DNA of 64,000 nt, from contig CAWDRG010000009.1 of NCBI GenBank assembly GCA_963804645.1, forward strand, positions 256,001-320,000, written 5' to 3'. The translations under genes and the position numbers were made by a program. The stretch is from an uncultured Bacillota bacterium (GTDB lineage: Bacteria; Sysuimicrobiota; Sysuimicrobiia; Sysuimicrobiales; Segetimicrobiaceae). Below are positions 47,326-56,546 of this stretch, in pieces (the first letter of the stretch is position 1; every line of letters starts with the position of its first letter). The notes under the pieces are model-generated. The model ran no database searches and was not told where the DNA came from. It saw only the letters and a program-made list of their open reading frames with translations.

Positions 47326-49325
47326 GCCGGGCCCCCCGGCTCCACGTGAAAGACGTGCGCGGGCAGCCCCTCGGGGCCCAGCTCGACGTAGTTGCGCGCG
47401 CCGCGCCACTCGTACCGCGCCCCGGTCAGCAGGTCGCGCACCGCGTACGGCGCGTCCGGCGCCAACCCGAGCACGTCGAGGTCGAGCCCCGTCCATCCGG
47501 CGTGGACGCGCGCGGGGTCGAGGTTCACGATGACCAAGACGGCGTCCGCGGACGCCGTCTTGCTGTAGCAGATCAGCTGCTCGTTGTCCACGCGGTGGAA
47601 ATGCAGGCTCCAGTCGCTCCAGAACGCGGCATGGTCGTGGCGCGCGCGGTTCAGCCGGGCGATCAGGTCCATCAGGCTGTCGGACCGCCCGATCTCCCAG
47701 TGCACGAGCTGGTACTTCTCCGAGTCGAGGTACTCTTCGCTGCCCGGGGCCGCCGCGCGGCGCACGCACAGCTCGAACGCCGGCCCGTAGATGCCGTAGT
47801 TCGCGCCGAGCGTCGCGGCGAGCACGAAGCGCGAGAGGAACGCCGGACGCCCGCCCTCCTGCAGGACCGCGTGCAGAATGTCGGGGGTGTTCGGCCACAG
47901 GTTCGGCCGGAAGTACTCGCGGACGGGCGTGGCCGTGAGCTCGGTGAAGTACGCCTCGAGCTCCGGCTTGGTCGTGCGCCACGTGAAGTACGTGTACGAC
48001 TGCGTGAAGCCGAGCTTCGCCAGCCGGTACATCACCTTCGGGCGCGTGAACGCCTCCGAGAGAAAGATCACGTCGGGATAGTCGCGCGCCGTCTCCCCGA
48101 TCAGCCACTCCCAGAACGCGAACGGCTTCGTGTGCGGATTGTCCACGCGGAAGATCCGGACGTCGCGCTCGACCCAGAACCGGACGATGCTCCGCAGTTC
48201 CTCCCACAGCGGGCGCCACCCCGCGGTGTCGAAGTCAAACGGGTAGATGTCCTGATACTTCTTCGGCGGGTTCGTGGCGTACTGCACCGTCCCGTCGGGG
48301 CGGCGGCGGAACCACTCCGGATGCTCGCGCAGGTACGGATGGTCGGCGGCACACTGGTACGCGAGGTCGAGTGCGATCTCGAGCCCGTGCCGCCGGGCGC
48401 TCTCGACGAACCGCGCGAAATCGTCGAGCGTCCCGAGCTCGGGGTGGACGCTCTTGTGCCCGCCCTCGGACGCGCCGATCGCCCACGGGCTGCCGGGGTC
48501 CCCGGGGCCGGCGGTCTCGGCGTTGTTGCGGCCCTTGCGGTGCGTGCGTCCGATCGGGTGAATCGGGGGCAGGTACAGCACGTCGAAGCCCATCGCTGCG
48601 ACGTAGGGCAGCCGCGCCTCGGCGTCGGCGAAGGTCCCGTGGTGTCCCGCCTCCGGCGCGCACGACCGCGGGAACATCTCGTACCACGCCCCGAACCGGG
48701 CGCGGGGCCGGTCGACCTGCACCCCCAGCTGCCGTTCGTACGTGGCCGCGCGCTCGCGATCCGGATGGCTCGCCATCAGCGCGGCGAGTTCGTCCGAGAG
48801 CGCGGCCCGGACGCCCTCGTCGCCCCCGCGCCGCAGCAGATCCGCGTACGCGGCGAGCCTGGGCGCGTCGGCATTGTTGCCGCGCCGCCCCGCGGCGCGG
48901 ACCAGCGTCGAGCCGATCTCGAGCTCGACGTCCGCATCCTGCCTCGCCGCGACGATGCGGCGCAGGTCCCGGGACCACGACGCGAAGCGGTCGACCCACG
49001 CCTGCAGCGTATAGCGGTACCGGCCGACGTCCGACACCGTGAACGCCCCCTGCCAGCGGTCGTTGTCGACGAGCGTCATGGGAGCCTCGGTCCACCGCGA
49101 CGTCTCGTCGCGCCGGTACTGGAGGACGGCGCCGAGCAGCTCGGGCCCGTCGGCGAAGATGTCGGCCTCGACGATCACCTGCTCCCCCACCGTGCGCTTG
49201 ATCGGGAACCGCCCGCAGTCCACTTCGGGTTCCACGCGCTCGATGACGACGCGGGACGCATTGTCCACTGTTGTCACCCTACCCTTGCCGGCCTCCGACC
49301 CGCGGGGCCGCTTGGTCGTTGCCAC
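47322..49325 (-). CDS. glgE: Alpha-1,4-glucan:maltose-1-phosphate maltosyltransferase
   Basis: WYEMFPRS, YLPPIHPIG, NPPKKYQDIY, FRVDNPHTKP, FLSEAFTRP and NTPDIL motifs. Alternative start at GTG 49277. Confidence 0.95.
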   Translation of the reverse strand: MATTKRPRGSEAGKGRVTTVDNASRVVIERVEPEVDCGRFPIKRTVGEQVIVEADIFADGPELLGAVLQYRRDETSRWTEAPMTLVDNDRWQGAFTVSDVGRYRYTLQAWVDRFASWSRDLRRIVAARQDADVELEIGSTLVRAAGRRGNNADAPRLAAYADLLRRGGDEGVRAALSDELAALMASHPDRERAATYERQLGVQVDRPRARFGAWYEMFPRSCAPEAGHHGTFADAEARLPYVAAMGFDVLYLPPIHPIGRTHRKGRNNAETAGPGDPGSPWAIGASEGGHKSVHPELGTLDDFARFVESARRHGLEIALDLAYQCAADHPYLREHPEWFRRRPDGTVQYATNPPKKYQDIYPFDFDTAGWRPLWEELRSIVRFWVERDVRIFRVDNPHTKPFAFWEWLIGETARDYPDVIFLSEAFTRPKVMYRLAKLGFTQSYTYFTWRTTKPELEAYFTELTATPVREYFRPNLWPNTPDILHAVLQEGGRPAFLSRFVLAATLGANYGIYGPAFELCVRRAAAPGSEEYLDSEKYQLVHWEIGRSDSLMDLIARLNRARHDHAAFWSDWSLHFHRVDNEQLICYSKTASADAVLVIVNLDPARVHAGWTGLDLDVLGLAPDAPYAVRDLLTGARYEWRGARNYVELGPEGLPAHVFHVEPGGPA

Positions 49326-49504
49326 GGGGAACGGCCGGGACGGATTCGTCGCGACGGCCCTGGCGCCGTCAGTGGGTACGCCGGGCGCAAAGCCATGACC
49401 TTCTCCCGCCGCGCCGGCGCGTCACGCCGGGTATCCGAGAGACATACGGGGCGTCATCGGGACCGGAACAGGCCGGACGCAGCCGCGGCACCAACCCCGG
49501 TGCC

Positions 49505-49535
49505 ATTGTACCCGGGTTCACAATCGATGAGTCAA
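49505..49535 (-). promoter_or_regulatory. Possible sigma70-type promoter of the glgE operon
   Basis: TTGACT-N19-TACAAT on the minus strand; the spacer is longer than optimal. Confidence 0.35.
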
Positions 49536-49971
49536 CGGCGGGCCCCGCGGCTCCACGTCGTCGCCCCACGACTATACCGCCGCGAGAGGTGGCGCTCCAC
49601 GAGGCCGATGCTCAGATCGTCCGCTCGACCTTCGCCCCACTGCTCGAAAACCGCGGCAGGGCGGGTATCGTACGCGAGCTGGCGCATCGCGGCATTCCAT
49701 CGCCATCTCGGACGGCTGGACACGGGCGACACGACTAGCAGACACAGGCGGCTCGCGACGCTCGCGCTCGACTCGATCACGTGGCCGGCATGCTCACCCA
49801 CGGCGCATCGCCAAACCGGACGTCCGGGTGAAGATCGGGCGCCCGCCCGATGGCCGCCGGATGGAGACCCGATATCCTGAAACCGAGATGCTCGGGCGCC
49901 GCGGCGTCGGGCCTGAGGCTGGCGTTGAGTCTAAGCTCATGACGATCATGCTGCGCCATGAGGTCGAGACG

Positions 49972-52692
49972 ATGAGCGAACACCGCGCGGTGACCACCGG
50001 CTTGACCCGCCGCTCCCTACTCAAGACCACGGTGCTGGGCGGCGGCCTGTTCGCGCTCCAGAAGCTCAACTGGGCCTACGCGCAGGGCGCCGCTCCGCCG
50101 GCATGGGTGTCGCGGTACAGCTACACGAGCTGGGAGGACCTGTACCGCGCCGGGTGGGTGTTCGACCATGCGGGGCGCACCAGCCACACCGTCAACTGCA
50201 CCGGGAGCTGCAGCTGGAAGGTGCTGGTGAAGAACGGGATCGTGTGGCGCGACGAGCAGGCCGCGGACTACCCGGCCATCGGGCCGGACCTGCCGGACTA
50301 CAACCCGCGCGGCTGTCAAAAGGGCGCCTGCGCGTCGGACTACCAGTACGGCCGGCAGCGGGTGAAGTACCCGCTCAAGCGCGTGGGGCCCCGCGGCTCG
50401 GCCAAGTGGCAGCGCATCTCGTGGGATCAGGCGCTGTCCGAGATCGCCGACAAGCTCCTGGACATCATCCATGAACGGGGCCCGGAGTACATCTTTGCCT
50501 TCTCACCGGTCCCGGCCACGAGCGTAGTGAGCCAGGCCGCCGGCTACCGGCTGATGAACCTGCTCGGCGGGGTCGGCTGCTCGTTCTACGACTGGTACTG
50601 CGATCTCCCGCCCGGTGAGCCCATGGTGTGGGGAGTGCAGACCGACACCTGCGAGTCGGCCGACTGGTACAACAGCCGCTTCATCATCGCGTGGGGCTCC
50701 AACGTCAATGTCACCCGCATCCCCGACGCGCAAATATTACAGAAGGCCCGGTGGCGCAAGGGGACCAAGGTCGTGACGATTAGCCCCGAGTACAGCCCGA
50801 CGGCCGCCCGGTCCGATCAGTTCGTCCCCGTCCGCCCGGGCACCGACGGCGCCCTCGCCGCGGCAATGGTGAACGTGATGCTGCAGGAGAACCTGTACGA
50901 CGCGCCCTACGTGCAGGAGCAGACCGACCTGCCCTTCCTCGTGCTCAAGGACAGCGGCCTGTTCCTGCGGGACGCCGACCTGCGGCCCGGCGGGCGCGCC
51001 GACGTCTTCTACGTCTGGGACAAGACGCGCGGACCTGTCGCGGCCCCGAAGGATTCGCTCGCGCTGCGGGGCCTGGAGCCGGTCCTCGAGGGCAACTTCT
51101 CGGTCACGACTACCGAGGGACCGCGCGCGATCACCACCGTGTTCAGCCTGCTCAGGGCGGAGCTGGCGCAGAAGACACCGGAGTGGGCCGCCGGCGTCTC
51201 GGGCGTCCCGGCGGACGTGACGCGGCGTCTCGCGCGCGAGTTCGCCGGGGCCAAGCCCGCGATGATCATCCTCGGCATGGGCGTGAACCACTGGTACCAC
51301 AACGACCTGACCAACCGCCTCCTCATTCTCCTGGCCGCGCTCACGGGGAATGTCGGCAAGAGCGGAGGCGGACTCAACGCCTACGCGGGCCAGGAGAAGG
51401 TCTGGCCGGCCGCCGGGCTGCGGGCCCTGACGTATTCGCTCCCGCAGCGCTTCCAGAACACGACGATGTGGGCCTACTGGCACGGCGAGATGTGGCGCGA
51501 CGACGCCCTCTGGCCGGAGCTGAAGCCCTACTGGGACGAATCCCTGAAGAGCGGGTGGATGCCGCTGTGGCCCAAGGGGGGGACGGACGCGCCGAAGGCG
51601 ATCTTCTTCTGGCGCGCCAACTGGATCAGCCAGGCCAAGGGGAATCTCCGAATTCTCAGCACGCTGCTGCCCAAGCTCGACCTGATCGTGGCGCTGGACT
51701 TCCGCATGTCCTCGACCGGCCTCTACGCCGACTACGTGCTCCCCGCCGCGACGTGGGCGGAAAAGTACGACCTCAGCATGACCGACATGCACTCCTTCAT
51801 CCACCCGTTCACCCCGGTCGTGCAGCCGTTCGCCGAGGCGAGGAGCGACTGGCAGGCGTTCGGCGCGCTCGCCCAGCGAATCGCGGAACGCGCCGCGGCG
51901 CGCGGCCTGAGCCGGTACACCGACACGATCGCGGGGACCACGATCGAGCGTGATTTCTCGACGCTGGGCGCGCAGTTCACGCTGGGCGGGAAGATCGCCG
52001 CGGACCGCGACGCGGCCCAGTACATCCTGGACAACGCGCCGGAAACCAACGGGTACACGATGGCCGATCTGATCCGCCGTCCTCAGCGCTTCAAGGCCGC
52101 AAGCTCGCAGTGGACCAGCGAGATCGAAGACGGGGTGGCCTATGCGCCCTTCAAGCGCTTCGTCGTCGGGAAGCAGCCATGGCCGACGCTAACCAACCGC
52201 CAGCAGTTCTATCTCGACCACCCCTGGTTCCTCAAGCTCGGGCAGACGCTGCCGACCTATCTGCCGCCGCTGACCGTCGACAACTACCCGCTGTGGCTGA
52301 ACAGCATGCACGCCCGTCACGCGATACATTCGACGTGGTGGATGAACGACCGGCTGCAGCGCCTGCAGCGCGGCGAGCCGCTGGTCCTCATCAATCCCGA
52401 GGACGCCCATGAGCGCGGCATTACGGATCACGACCGGGTGAAGGTCTACAACGGCTACGGCTGGTTCGTGGCGTGGGCCAAGCTCTATCCGCCGGCGCCA
52501 AGGGGGCAGCTCACCGCGCCGCACGGCATGGAGATGGCGCAGTTTCCGATGCGGCGCAACCATCAGGCAGTCGTCATCGCCCGCGTGAACCCCATCCAGC
52601 TGGTGCAGTATGGCCACCTGCGGTTCGCGCCCAACTACTGGGGCCCGACCGGCGTCGAGCGCGACGTCCGGGTCCAAGTGGCAAAGTTCTAG
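49972..52692 (+). CDS. Tat-exported type II DMSO-reductase-family molybdoenzyme, catalytic alpha subunit (NarG/ClrA/SerA-like)
   Basis: Twin-arginine TRRSLLK, FS0 motif HTVNCTGSC...PRGCQKG, Mo-ligand loop SFYDWYCDLPP, ESADWYNS and DYVLPAA.W.EK.D. Confidence 0.93.
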   Translation: MSEHRAVTTGLTRRSLLKTTVLGGGLFALQKLNWAYAQGAAPPAWVSRYSYTSWEDLYRAGWVFDHAGRTSHTVNCTGSCSWKVLVKNGIVWRDEQAADYPAIGPDLPDYNPRGCQKGACASDYQYGRQRVKYPLKRVGPRGSAKWQRISWDQALSEIADKLLDIIHERGPEYIFAFSPVPATSVVSQAAGYRLMNLLGGVGCSFYDWYCDLPPGEPMVWGVQTDTCESADWYNSRFIIAWGSNVNVTRIPDAQILQKARWRKGTKVVTISPEYSPTAARSDQFVPVRPGTDGALAAAMVNVMLQENLYDAPYVQEQTDLPFLVLKDSGLFLRDADLRPGGRADVFYVWDKTRGPVAAPKDSLALRGLEPVLEGNFSVTTTEGPRAITTVFSLLRAELAQKTPEWAAGVSGVPADVTRRLAREFAGAKPAMIILGMGVNHWYHNDLTNRLLILLAALTGNVGKSGGGLNAYAGQEKVWPAAGLRALTYSLPQRFQNTTMWAYWHGEMWRDDALWPELKPYWDESLKSGWMPLWPKGGTDAPKAIFFWRANWISQAKGNLRILSTLLPKLDLIVALDFRMSSTGLYADYVLPAATWAEKYDLSMTDMHSFIHPFTPVVQPFAEARSDWQAFGALAQRIAERAAARGLSRYTDTIAGTTIERDFSTLGAQFTLGGKIAADRDAAQYILDNAPETNGYTMADLIRRPQRFKAASSQWTSEIEDGVAYAPFKRFVVGKQPWPTLTNRQQFYLDHPWFLKLGQTLPTYLPPLTVDNYPLWLNSMHARHAIHSTWWMNDRLQRLQRGEPLVLINPEDAHERGITDHDRVKVYNGYGWFVAWAKLYPPAPRGQLTAPHGMEMAQFPMRRNHQAVVIARVNPIQLVQYGHLRFAPNYWGPTGVERDVRVQVAKF

Positions 52693-52704
52693 GGGAGGTG
52701 GGCC

Positions 52705-53802
52705 ATGCCGGTTCCGCAGCTCGACAAAGACCGGCTGATGCGCTCGGAGCACCAGATCGGCATGGTCATGGACCTCAACAAGTGCATCGGCTGCCAGACG
52801 TGCACCGTGGCGTGCAAGACACTGTGGACCGCCGAGCAAGGCCAGGAGCAGATGTACTGGGCACACGTGGAGACCCGGCCGGGCAGCGGCTATCCGAAGA
52901 ACGCCCTGGGATCCGGCGGGGGCTGGACGGCGGACGGGACGAAGGCCGTCGCAGGCGCGCTGCCGCCGCAGCAGGCCTACGGCACCGTCTACGACTTCGA
53001 TTACGAGGCCGTGCTGTTCGATGGCACCGCCGAGCACCTCGCGCCGACCGTGGAACCCACCTGGGGGGTGAACTGGGACGAGGACCAGGGCGCGGGCCGC
53101 CACCCGAACAACTACTACTTCTACCTGCCTCGCCTCTGCAACCACTGCACGCATCCGAGCTGCGTCGCGTCGTGTCCGAGGAACGCGCTGTACAAGCGCG
53201 ACAAAGACGGGATCGTGCTGCTCAACCAGGAGCGCTGCCACGGATACCGGTTCTGCCTCGCGGCCTGCCCCTACAAGAAGATCTACTGGAACCACGTGGC
53301 GCAGGTGTCGCAGAAGTGCATCTTCTGCTTCCCGCGCGTCGACCAGGGGATCCCGCCGGCGTGCAGCGCCCAGTGCGTCGGCCAGGTGCGGTTCGTGGGC
53401 ATGGTCGACGACACCGCGGGCCCCATCTACCAGCTGGTCCACGTCTGGAAGGTCGCGCTGCCGCTCTTGCCGCAACACGGCACCTCGCCGAACATCTACT
53501 ACGTGCCTCCCACGGCACCCGAGGCACTCGACGATGCCGGCCGGCCCACCGGGAAGAGCCGGATCCCGATCGAGTACCTGGAGAGCCTCTTCGGCCCCGG
53601 GGTGGCCCCGGCGCTCGCCACCCTCAATCAGGAGCTCGGCAAGGTCAAGCGGGGGGAGAGTTCCCAGCTCATGAACCTGCTGCACGTCCTGCGCTACGAC
53701 GACCTGTTCAAGCTCGAACAGCGGCCCAACAACCCCACGTGGTTCGGAGCCTTTGCCGCGCCGAACGGACAGCCCGTGATCGCGCCGGAGGGGGAGAAGT
53801 AG
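52705..53802 (+). CDS. Type II DMSO-reductase-family iron-sulfur beta subunit (NarH-like, short form)
   Basis: DLNKCIGCQTCTVACK, LPRLCNHCTHPSCVASCP, CHGYRFCLAACPYKK and KCIFC...CVG motifs. Confidence 0.93.
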   Translation: MPVPQLDKDRLMRSEHQIGMVMDLNKCIGCQTCTVACKTLWTAEQGQEQMYWAHVETRPGSGYPKNALGSGGGWTADGTKAVAGALPPQQAYGTVYDFDYEAVLFDGTAEHLAPTVEPTWGVNWDEDQGAGRHPNNYYFYLPRLCNHCTHPSCVASCPRNALYKRDKDGIVLLNQERCHGYRFCLAACPYKKIYWNHVAQVSQKCIFCFPRVDQGIPPACSAQCVGQVRFVGMVDDTAGPIYQLVHVWKVALPLLPQHGTSPNIYYVPPTAPEALDDAGRPTGKSRIPIEYLESLFGPGVAPALATLNQELGKVKRGESSQLMNLLHVLRYDDLFKLEQRPNNPTWFGAFAAPNGQPVIAPEGEK

Positions 53803-54447
53803 GTGCTCGCCCGCAAGGTGACCGCGGCGAAGGCCGATCTCGCGGACCCGACCTCGGCTGTCTGGGCGAAGGGACAGGTCATGCCGGTCGCCCTCATCCC
53901 CACGCCGCTCGTGCTCCAGCCTAGCCCGTGGCTCGTGCAGGCGTTCGACGGTCGCAGCTATGGCAAGCTCGCCGCCGCCGGGCTGTCGTTCCTGCACAAC
54001 GGACAGCTCATCGCGGCACGGGTCGAGTGGGCGGTGCCGACGCCCGCGGTGTCGACCCGCGGCCCGGACGAGTTCGCCGACGCGTGCGCGGTGATCTTGC
54101 CCTTCGTGAGAGATGCGCCGCTCGTCACGATGGGCTCGCTGGACCAGTGGGTAAACATGTGGCTGTGGCGGGCCGACGGCGTCGGCCCGTTCACGGTCAC
54201 CGCCGCGGGCCTCGGCACCACCCAGCGGATTCAAGACGGCATGCTCGAGGCGAAGGGGATCTACCGCGATGGCCGCTGGCACGTCGCGTTCGTCCGGCGG
54301 CTCGCGCCCGGAAACAGCCAAGACCACGTGTCGCTCACGCCGGGGACTCCCTGGCAGGTATCGCTCGCCCTGTGGCAGGGCGCCAACCAGGAACGCGCCG
54401 GGCTCAAGTCCTTCAGCCCCGGCTGGATGCCGCTCGAGATCGCATGA
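53803..54447 (+). CDS. Heme b gamma subunit (ethylbenzene dehydrogenase gamma / DOMON-like)
   Basis: FADACAV, TMGS..VNMWLWRA, A.G.GT, W.V.F.R.L and WQGANQERAGLK, with candidate Met/Lys heme ligands. Confidence 0.85.
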   Translation: MLARKVTAAKADLADPTSAVWAKGQVMPVALIPTPLVLQPSPWLVQAFDGRSYGKLAAAGLSFLHNGQLIAARVEWAVPTPAVSTRGPDEFADACAVILPFVRDAPLVTMGSLDQWVNMWLWRADGVGPFTVTAAGLGTTQRIQDGMLEAKGIYRDGRWHVAFVRRLAPGNSQDHVSLTPGTPWQVSLALWQGANQERAGLKSFSPGWMPLEIA

Positions 54448-55106
54448 ACCGCTCACCGAGCCCGCTCGGGACGCTGTACCTGACATACGCGCGGCTGCTC
54501 GACTTCCCGACCGCGGCCGTCCAACAGGCCGCGCGGGATGAACAGACCGTTGCGGACCTCACGGAGCTGCACGTCTCCGCGGGCTACCCCGCGCCCCCGC
54601 CGTTTCGGATGGCGTCGCGGGCACGTCCGCTTGAACAGACCTACATCGCCGCGTTCGAGGTGGGGGTGCCGGAACCGCCGGTGCCCCTCTACGAGACCGC
54701 GTATCTCCGGGACGACGCTGAACAGCGGAAGCACGTGCTCGAGGAGATCGTCCGCTTCTACGAGTTCTTCGATCTTCGGCTCGGCGACCGTCCCGTGGAG
54801 ATGCCCGACCACCTGGTGGTCGAACTGGAATTCATGGCGGCGCTCGCCGAGATGGAGCAACTCGCGGCCGCCGCCGGCGACCCCGGCGCAGCCTACCAGC
54901 TCGCCCAGCGCGACTTCCTCGCCCGCCACCTCCACCCGCTGGTGGTGCAGGTGGTCAAACGCCACGTCCCGAGGGGATGGTACACCGGCGTCCTGCGCGG
55001 GCTGGAAGCCCTCACGCGGGAGCACCACGCCCGACTCGCGGCCGCGCACGGAACCGGCCGCTCGGGGCCGCCCCCGCTGGCACCGGTCGTGCCCTTGATT
55101 ACCTAA
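54444..55106 (+). CDS. TorD/NarJ-family maturation chaperone (delta subunit)
   Basis: YIAAFEVG, PLYETAY, EMPDHLVVELEFM and QRDFLARHL motifs. Confidence 0.9.
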   Translation: MNRSPSPLGTLYLTYARLLDFPTAAVQQAARDEQTVADLTELHVSAGYPAPPPFRMASRARPLEQTYIAAFEVGVPEPPVPLYETAYLRDDAEQRKHVLEEIVRFYEFFDLRLGDRPVEMPDHLVVELEFMAALAEMEQLAAAAGDPGAAYQLAQRDFLARHLHPLVVQVVKRHVPRGWYTGVLRGLEALTREHHARLAAAHGTGRSGPPPLAPVVPLIT

Positions 55107-55184
55107 AACGGGTGCGGCCCCTGTGAGAGACGGACGACCGTGCCAGTGTGCCCGCGTTCGGAGTCGACGAGTCGGCGGGGAGGT

Positions 55185-56123
55185 CTACGGCCGCGCGGAC
55201 GCCTCGTCGACCCAGGACCGTGTCACGTGTAGCCAAAACGCGAGCCCCGCGTAGGCCCCGTACCGGCGGAACTCCCGGTGGATCGTCCGGTCCGCGATCC
55301 GGCGCCGGCCGCGCAGCCGCGCGTAGGTGGGCCGCGTCCATGAATCGAGCGTGGGCCGCGAGTAGCGTCCGATCAGCAGCATGATGTGCGCGACCGCGTA
55401 CGGCCCGATCCCAGGCAGCGCGCTCAGCCGCTCCGCGACGTCGTCATCCGACGGGGACGACGCCCCGGGACGTCCGAGCGATTCGAGGTCGACGGTCCCG
55501 TCGGCGGCCGCGCGGGCCACGGCGCGCAGATACGGCACGCGGTAGCCGGCGTGGACGACGTCACGGTAGAATCGCGTGCTCGCCTCCGCCATGATCTCGG
55601 GAGACGGGAACGTGCGCCCGCGCCAACCCATACGGGGTGCGCCGGCCGCGGGCGTCCCGAGGCGCGCCACGAGCGCGCCCACCATGTGCCGCGTCAGCGC
55701 CCAGGAGCAGTTGGTAGTGCAGAGCGTCTTGATCACATCCTCGAACACCGTGGGGCTGCGGATCATGCGGCCCGCGCCGCGGCAGGCCCAGGCCAGCTCG
55801 GGATCGCCGCGGGCGATCGCGTAGAAGGGCCGCAGGTCTTCATCGAGACGCAGAATGTGCCGCGCCACGGCGGCCACGCCCGCGCGCACGCGCGGCCCCG
55901 GAAGAGCGCCGGCGACGCGCACGAGCGCGCAGCCGGGTCCCCCGGAGCTCACGTGCACCGTGCGCGGACGCGCCCCGGCGACGGGCACCGTGACTTCGAG
56001 CGCGCCGGCTTCTCGGTGCAGCGCGAGCGGCGGAAGATCCGCGAAGCCGTTGGAGAACAGCGTCCGGCGCAGGTCCGCGGGTTCACCGCCCGGACCGACG
56101 AGAGGAAGTCGGATCGTGGTCAT
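55185..56123 (-). CDS. HhH-GPD superfamily DNA glycosylase (Ogg/AlkA-like)
   Basis: GRMIRSPTVFED..KTLCTTN, FPSPE, GYR, LPGIGPYA and a downstream DSW. Extended -10 TGCTACACT at 56137-56145. Confidence 0.85.
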   Translation of the reverse strand: MTTIRLPLVGPGGEPADLRRTLFSNGFADLPPLALHREAGALEVTVPVAGARPRTVHVSSGGPGCALVRVAGALPGPRVRAGVAAVARHILRLDEDLRPFYAIARGDPELAWACRGAGRMIRSPTVFEDVIKTLCTTNCSWALTRHMVGALVARLGTPAAGAPRMGWRGRTFPSPEIMAEASTRFYRDVVHAGYRVPYLRAVARAAADGTVDLESLGRPGASSPSDDDVAERLSALPGIGPYAVAHIMLLIGRYSRPTLDSWTRPTYARLRGRRRIADRTIHREFRRYGAYAGLAFWLHVTRSWVDEASARP

Positions 56124-56231
56124 CTCGCTACGCGCTAGTGTAGCACGCGCAGCCGCGTGCCCGCCCGCGCGGAGGGCCCGCGCACACGAGCTCCGCGCGG
56201 CGCGGCCCGGATCGTCGACGGACGCGGGTCC

Positions 56232-56507
56232 TCAGGCGGCCGGCCGGCGCCCGCGGCGCTCCGTCTCGACCCGATCCCGACCCGCGGACGCCCCGCGAGC
56301 GGACGCCGCCGCCCGCCGTCGCGCCCGAGCGGATCGCCCCGCCAGCGCGCGCCCGATCCACCGGGCGATCCCGAACCTTCGCGGCCGTCGCGCCGCCCGG
56401 CGCTCAGCCGTGACTTCCTGGATGCGCGCCGCGCGGCGCGCATCTTCGTGCAGATCCCGCATACGCTCTTCTGCCAGCATCAGAAATGGATCAGAACTCC
56501 AGTACAT
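56232..56507 (-). CDS. Small basic hypothetical protein
   Basis: GAGGAGG RBS then MYWSSDPFLMLAEERMRDLHEDARR; co-oriented directly after the CBS gene. Confidence 0.55.
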   Translation of the reverse strand: MYWSSDPFLMLAEERMRDLHEDARRAARIQEVTAERRAARRPRRFGIARWIGRALAGRSARARRRAAASARGASAGRDRVETERRGRRPAA

Positions 56508-56546
56508 GACTCGATGCCTCCTCAAATTGATTGCGTGAACGGCGCG

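Noticed and set aside
47326..48219. N-terminal extension making TreS 1424 aa
   Set aside because: It overlaps glgE in another frame. The real start is the GTG at 47325 overlapping the glgE stop.
49532..49801. 89-aa minus-strand ORF in the glgE-molybdoenzyme gap
   Set aside because: No RBS or recognisable motif.
49972..53802. Naming the molybdoenzyme narG/narH or nxrA/nxrB
   Set aside because: The Tat leader, heme-b gamma subunit and altered loop make the substrate uncertain, so a phylogeny is needed first.
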